Source: Nitrospirota bacterium
GTDB lineage: Bacteria; Nitrospirota; UBA9217
Assembly (NCBI GenBank): GCA_963845065.1
Contig: CAWJQQ010000005.1
Coordinates: 160,001-224,000, forward strand
Length of the DNA stretch: 64,000 bases
Direction: 5' to 3'
Shown here: one piece after another, positions 60,304 to 64,000 of the stretch
How the letters are laid out: each line of letters opens with the position of its first letter
How positions within the stretch are numbered: position 1 is the first letter of the stretch
Translations under genes and position numbers: made by a program
Notes under the pieces: generated by a model
The model's database searches: none
The model's input: only the letters and a program-made list of their open reading frames with translations
What the model was told of the DNA's origin: nothing

Positions 60304-61500
60304 GTGCGCCCGGCAGGGCGCACTCACTTGGAGGTGTTCTCTACGGACCCTGATGACGGGAACCGTTAGTCGAACCGCAAGGGCTGCTGCCGCGAGGCGG
60401 GGTCTGAAGGAATTGGAATGCAAATCCCTGGCCCGAAGAACATGAAGCGCATACGAGGCAGCTGCGTCTGGGCGAGAAGGCTAAAAGGTTCAAAGCCCGA
60501 TAGTCATCCAGAAGACGCGGAAGTATATGCGACGGGTATATGGGGAGAAATTGGGTGTGCAATACCCGGGGAGGTCTGCAAGCTTGCTTCGGCTACCACC
60601 GTCAAGAGACGGCGGGATGAGCTTGCAGAAGTCAGCCGAGGGCATATTAGTCGCTGCGCACAACAATGAAGGCCCGACCAAGGAAGGACGAAGGGGTGCC
60701 GAAACCTCGATGGATGAAGCAGACGCGCAAAGGAAGGCTGAGAATCCGGAGGACTCCAGGAAGGTAGCGGGCGGAACCCGCAAGCATACGGCGAGGGAGC
60801 GTCAAGCGTCCGCGGCAGCAGAGGAGAACGCCCAGCCGGAAGCGACAAATCTCTTAGAGGAGGTATTGCGCCATGAGAACCTGCTAGCAGCCTTACATCG
60901 CGTCCAGTCGAACAAGGGAGCACCGGGAGTCGACGGCATGACCGTTCTCGAACTCACGCCCTACCTTAAGACGAACTGGCCGCGCATCCGGGAGGAGTTG
61001 CTGAGCGGACAGTATGACCCCGCGCCTGTCCCTCGGATAGAAATACCGAAGCAGGACGGAAAGGGAATGCGGCTGCTCGGAATCCCCACCGTGCTCGATC
61101 GGTTCATCGAACAAGCGGTATTGCAGGTACTCACCCCTATCTTCGATCCAGAATTTAGCGAAAGCAGCCACGGCTTCCGTCCTGGACGCGGCTGTCATGG
61201 CGCAGTCAAAGCAGCTCGCGCCCATGTGGAAGCAGGCTATCGCTTTGTGGTGAATCATCGGCGTACCGGCAGAAGTGGTGGCCTCTCGGAGATCACCCGA
61301 AAGGGACGGGGACGCTCACTGCCGAAGGTGATTGCCGAACTAACGACATACCTTCGCGGATGGGTAAATGGCTACAACAGCAGGGACTCATGAGCCTTCT
61401 TGCAGAGCATCGACGCTTTACAAACCTTGCATGAACCGCCGTATGCCGAACGGCACGGTGGTGTGAGAGGCTGGGGCCGGAAGGTCCCCGCCTACTCGAT
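60304..61500 (+). mobile_element. group II intron (class C/IIC), internally deleted
   Basis: 5' GTGCGCCCGGC directly after a terminator; domain V/VI GAACCGCCGTATGCCGAACGGCAC..GGTGGTGTGAGAGG..CCTACTCGAT. Confidence 0.88.
60710..61393 (+). pseudogene. ltrA: intron-encoded RT/maturase with the RT core deleted
   Basis: NKGAPGVDG, IPK..G..R.LGIPTV.DR..QA, S.GFRPGR, then jumps to maturase-like L..YLRGWVN; no YADD. Confidence 0.85.
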
Positions 61501-61538
61501 ATCCTCGATTTACACCGCCATTATTCCGCTTGATAAGT

Positions 61539-62606
61539 TTATCCAGTTGCAGTTGAGGATAGGAAATTAAAGAGCGACTGAGAGAGAATCTGTGCTGCTG
61601 TCGATTCAAGGGCCTGCAATGCCGTACTGGTCTGCGAAAGCTGGAGTGCGATCTGGTTCGTGTTGGCGTCTTCAACAGTAGATTGCTGGTCTTGCAAGGT
61701 AGTTATGTTTTGAGTGAGTAGGGACGTCTGGTCAGTAAGAGCGTTAATCCTGGTGCCAACATCAGATTGGAGAGCATTCACCTGTTCCTGCATATCATTC
61801 AAGGGCGCGGTCATAGCCTCAATACGAGACGTATCATTTGTGCTGAGGGCAGAGCTGACGATATTAGCCATGTCCATCGCATTTGAAAAACTGAATGTGT
61901 CTGTAGCCCCGCCACCAGCCGGTGTTATCGTAACTGTGGTCGTGGTTGCGCCTGTAGCTGCATTGGTAACGGCAGCATATTGCGCTGTATCGCCGTCGTT
62001 TAAAGTGACCGGGGTTGTAGGAAGAGCACTAGCGGATAAACTGAAGGCATCGTTGCCTGTTACATTGGCTTGCATGGTCTGGCCCCCACCGATCGGGATA
62101 TTAAGCGCGCCGTTATCACCCTGATAGACATATGCGGTGGAAGGGACTGTGCCGACGACAGGCTGGTTTTGAATGGTGTATGGCTGCTGGTTAGTTTTAA
62201 ATCCTGAAAAGAGATATTCGCTACCGTTTTGAGTGTTCGCGTAACTGTAAAGCGCGTCCCGCAATTGTGATGCCTGATCAGAGAGCGTCGCCGATTCTGC
62301 CGTAGTCGAGCTGCTCGAACTCGAAATTAAACTTGTTAATGTTGATAATGTACTCGAGACTCCTGTAAGAGCATTGTTCGTCAGATTAAGATCCGTCGTA
62401 GCATCGTTTATGTTATTCTCGTACTGGTTATTGCTATTTATATTTACTTGATAATCCATGGCACGTATCGTTCCTGCAACATCATCAGAAGGCTGAAGTA
62501 TCTTCTTTCCTGTCGATAGTTCGTTTGTCAGTTCCGAATCAGTCGTCTGAAAGTTCTGCATACCACTTAGCATCTGAGTGTATAAGATAGAATTGGCTAT
62601 TCGCAT
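61539..62606 (-). CDS. flgL: flagellar hook-associated protein 3
   Basis: MRI..LSTGKKI..PSDD, AN....YLFSGF, Y.GD, VG.R.N, SLFNFL; follows flgK. Confidence 0.9.
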   Translation of the reverse strand: MRIANSILYTQMLSGMQNFQTTDSELTNELSTGKKILQPSDDVAGTIRAMDYQVNINSNNQYENNINDATTDLNLTNNALTGVSSTLSTLTSLISSSSSSTTAESATLSDQASQLRDALYSYANTQNGSEYLFSGFKTNQQPYTIQNQPVVGTVPSTAYVYQGDNGALNIPIGGGQTMQANVTGNDAFSLSASALPTTPVTLNDGDTAQYAAVTNAATGATTTTVTITPAGGGATDTFSFSNAMDMANIVSSALSTNDTSRIEAMTAPLNDMQEQVNALQSDVGTRINALTDQTSLLTQNITTLQDQQSTVEDANTNQIALQLSQTSTALQALESTAAQILSQSLFNFLSSTATG

Positions 62607-62711
62607 GGCCTTACCCCGTTCACTACAGCCACTAGATTCCGTTAGTGGAGAAAATCACCAAGTAGATTCTGAGAGTTTTTCATGTTCTGTTCATTTTGGA
62701 ACGAAATGTTC

Positions 62712-63998
62712 TCACGTAATGAGAGCGAGAAGCGACTGGACTAGTTCACCAGCCACTTTGATCACCTGTTCTCCGGCCTCATAGGCATTCTGGTACATCA
62801 TGAGATTGGTTGCCTCTTGGTCAAGCGACACGCCTGAAGCCGAATTGCAGCTCGACTGTAGCTGAGACAGGAGGTTGTTGTTATAAGTCAGGCTGTCGGA
62901 TGTGTTCTGATTGGTCGATCCGACTGTGGCCACTATGCCGCTGTAGTAGTCTGAAAAAGTTTCGCCTCCGAGGGAATCAATCGGTGAGTTTGCAAGCTGA
63001 GATATCAGGTTCGCGTTTGTATTGTCCCCGGGGGCTCCCGCTGCCGTAGACGCGGCGGCTATCTGGTTAGGATCGGTAATTGCAACGGCTAAACTACTGA
63101 TGGCGGTGGGAAGAGGGCTGCCGATGGTGAAGCTGTCAGTATTCGACACCGCGCCAGTGATGGTGAAGCTTAGACCGTTGTAGTTTATGGGACTTCCCGA
63201 GGCATAAGCGCCGGTCGTAAGAAGCGCTCCTGTCTGCTTATTGTTGATATTGTAAGCGGTACCCGCCGCGTTGAAAGTAACCGTGTATTCATTCGTCGTA
63301 AGAGCGGCAGGGCTGATGACGTTCGGCTGTGTGATACTTGCTGAGGCAGAGTTGTTGACCGTGGGGACTTTCAAACTAAAAAAATTATTTCCCTTGAGCC
63401 CATCGAGGTCATATCCCTGACTCTGCAAGCTGTTCACCTGTTGTGCTATTGAGGCGACGAGCAAGTTAAGCCCTGCCAGTGTTGTTGTCTGGATGCCGTT
63501 CCTGGCTTGGATAAGACCGCCGATGTCGCCGCCCTGAATGTTCGATGTGATATCGGTGCCGCCGAGAATCACAGTTGTATTGCCGTTCGTGTCCGTACCC
63601 GTTGTCATCTGGTTGGTCTGGTTGCCGGACACGAGATTCTGATTGCCGACGACCACGGTAAGCGATCCATTCTGGTCTGTGTACGACGTAAAGTCGACGA
63701 GTTTGGATAGTGACGTCAGCGCAGCATCCTGCTGGTCTTGAAGATCATTCGTATCTGTTCCGTTCGCTTGCGCTACTACTATTTGCTGGTTTAAACCCGC
63801 AATTTGTGAGGCGAGAGAATCTATTTGAGTAGCATCGCTCGAGATATTGGTGTTATCGTTGCTCACTGTATCGTTGATGCTGCTCTCAATGGACTGTGCC
63901 GTTTGGACAAATGTATTCGCATCTTGTAGCAATTGTGTACGTGCCGCCGAATTCTGTGGCTCAGTAGCCACGTCGTTCCAGTCGTTGAAGAAATTTGC
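62712..63998 (-). CDS. flgK: flagellar hook-associated protein 1 (5' end outside window)
   Basis: FFNDW..P, IA.LN..I..NDL.DQ.D, GYDL.G, SGVSLDQEA..LM.YQ.AY.A; frame open to the window end. Confidence 0.9.
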   Translation of the reverse strand, partial: ANFFNDWNDVATEPQNSAARTQLLQDANTFVQTAQSIESSINDTVSNDNTNISSDATQIDSLASQIAGLNQQIVVAQANGTDTNDLQDQQDAALTSLSKLVDFTSYTDQNGSLTVVVGNQNLVSGNQTNQMTTGTDTNGNTTVILGGTDITSNIQGGDIGGLIQARNGIQTTTLAGLNLLVASIAQQVNSLQSQGYDLDGLKGNNFFSLKVPTVNNSASASITQPNVISPAALTTNEYTVTFNAAGTAYNINNKQTGALLTTGAYASGSPINYNGLSFTITGAVSNTDSFTIGSPLPTAISSLAVAITDPNQIAAASTAAGAPGDNTNANLISQLANSPIDSLGGETFSDYYSGIVATVGSTNQNTSDSLTYNNNLLSQLQSSCNSASGVSLDQEATNLMMYQNAYEAGEQVIKVAGELVQSLLALIT

Positions 63999-64000
63999 GA

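Noticed and set aside
60527..61393. Retron, DGR or defence-associated RT next to the island
   Set aside because: It lies outside attR, is flanked by group II intron RNA ends and lacks the catalytic YADD region
1..64000. CRISPR array or rRNA
   Set aside because: No regularly spaced repeats or rRNA-like sequence noticed by eye

Overview
Chromosomal window from a flagellated, probably anaerobic Gram-negative bacterium (gene content suggests a Nitrospirota/Desulfobacterota-like lineage; this is inference). (1) 0.3-13.2 kb: a co-oriented, apparently sigma54-driven cluster combining the Methanosarcinales-type coenzyme M route (cysteate synthase + fused ComDE), a Methanosarcina-like HdrD with a DsrM/HdrE-like cytochrome b, and a complete corrinoid methyltransferase kit (corrinoid protein, two Zn-type MtaA/UroD-fold methyltransferases, MtrH-family methyltransferase, RACo/RamA-type activator, QueG-like Fe-S protein, CMD/AhpD protein). 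No Mcr or CoB genes are in view. This is the most striking system here. (2) 13.2-22 kb: its likely regulatory block (divergent sigma54 promoters with tandem enhancer sites, NtrC-family regulator, soluble PAS-GAF-PAS kinase, LysR, two signal-less solute-binding proteins) plus decayed cobW and tupA remnants. (3) 22-49.6 kb: housekeeping genes (rlpA, purL, bactofilin, parB, parA, Clp1-like kinase between two parS sites, rsmG, mnmG, mnmE, pgi, mfd, PPIases/surA, rlmI-like) with IS and capA relics. (4) 49.8-60.3 kb: a ~10.4 kb AT-rich integrative element in tRNA-Val(CAC) bounded by 53-bp att repeats, with satellite-like core genes, a broken DNA methyltransferase next to an intact XcyI-like endonuclease, and a SIR2-like + DUF262 gene pair that is a candidate defence system. 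(5) an internally deleted group IIC intron behind the tRNA terminator, then flgL and partial flgK. All product calls come from motif recognition by eye; no database searches were run.
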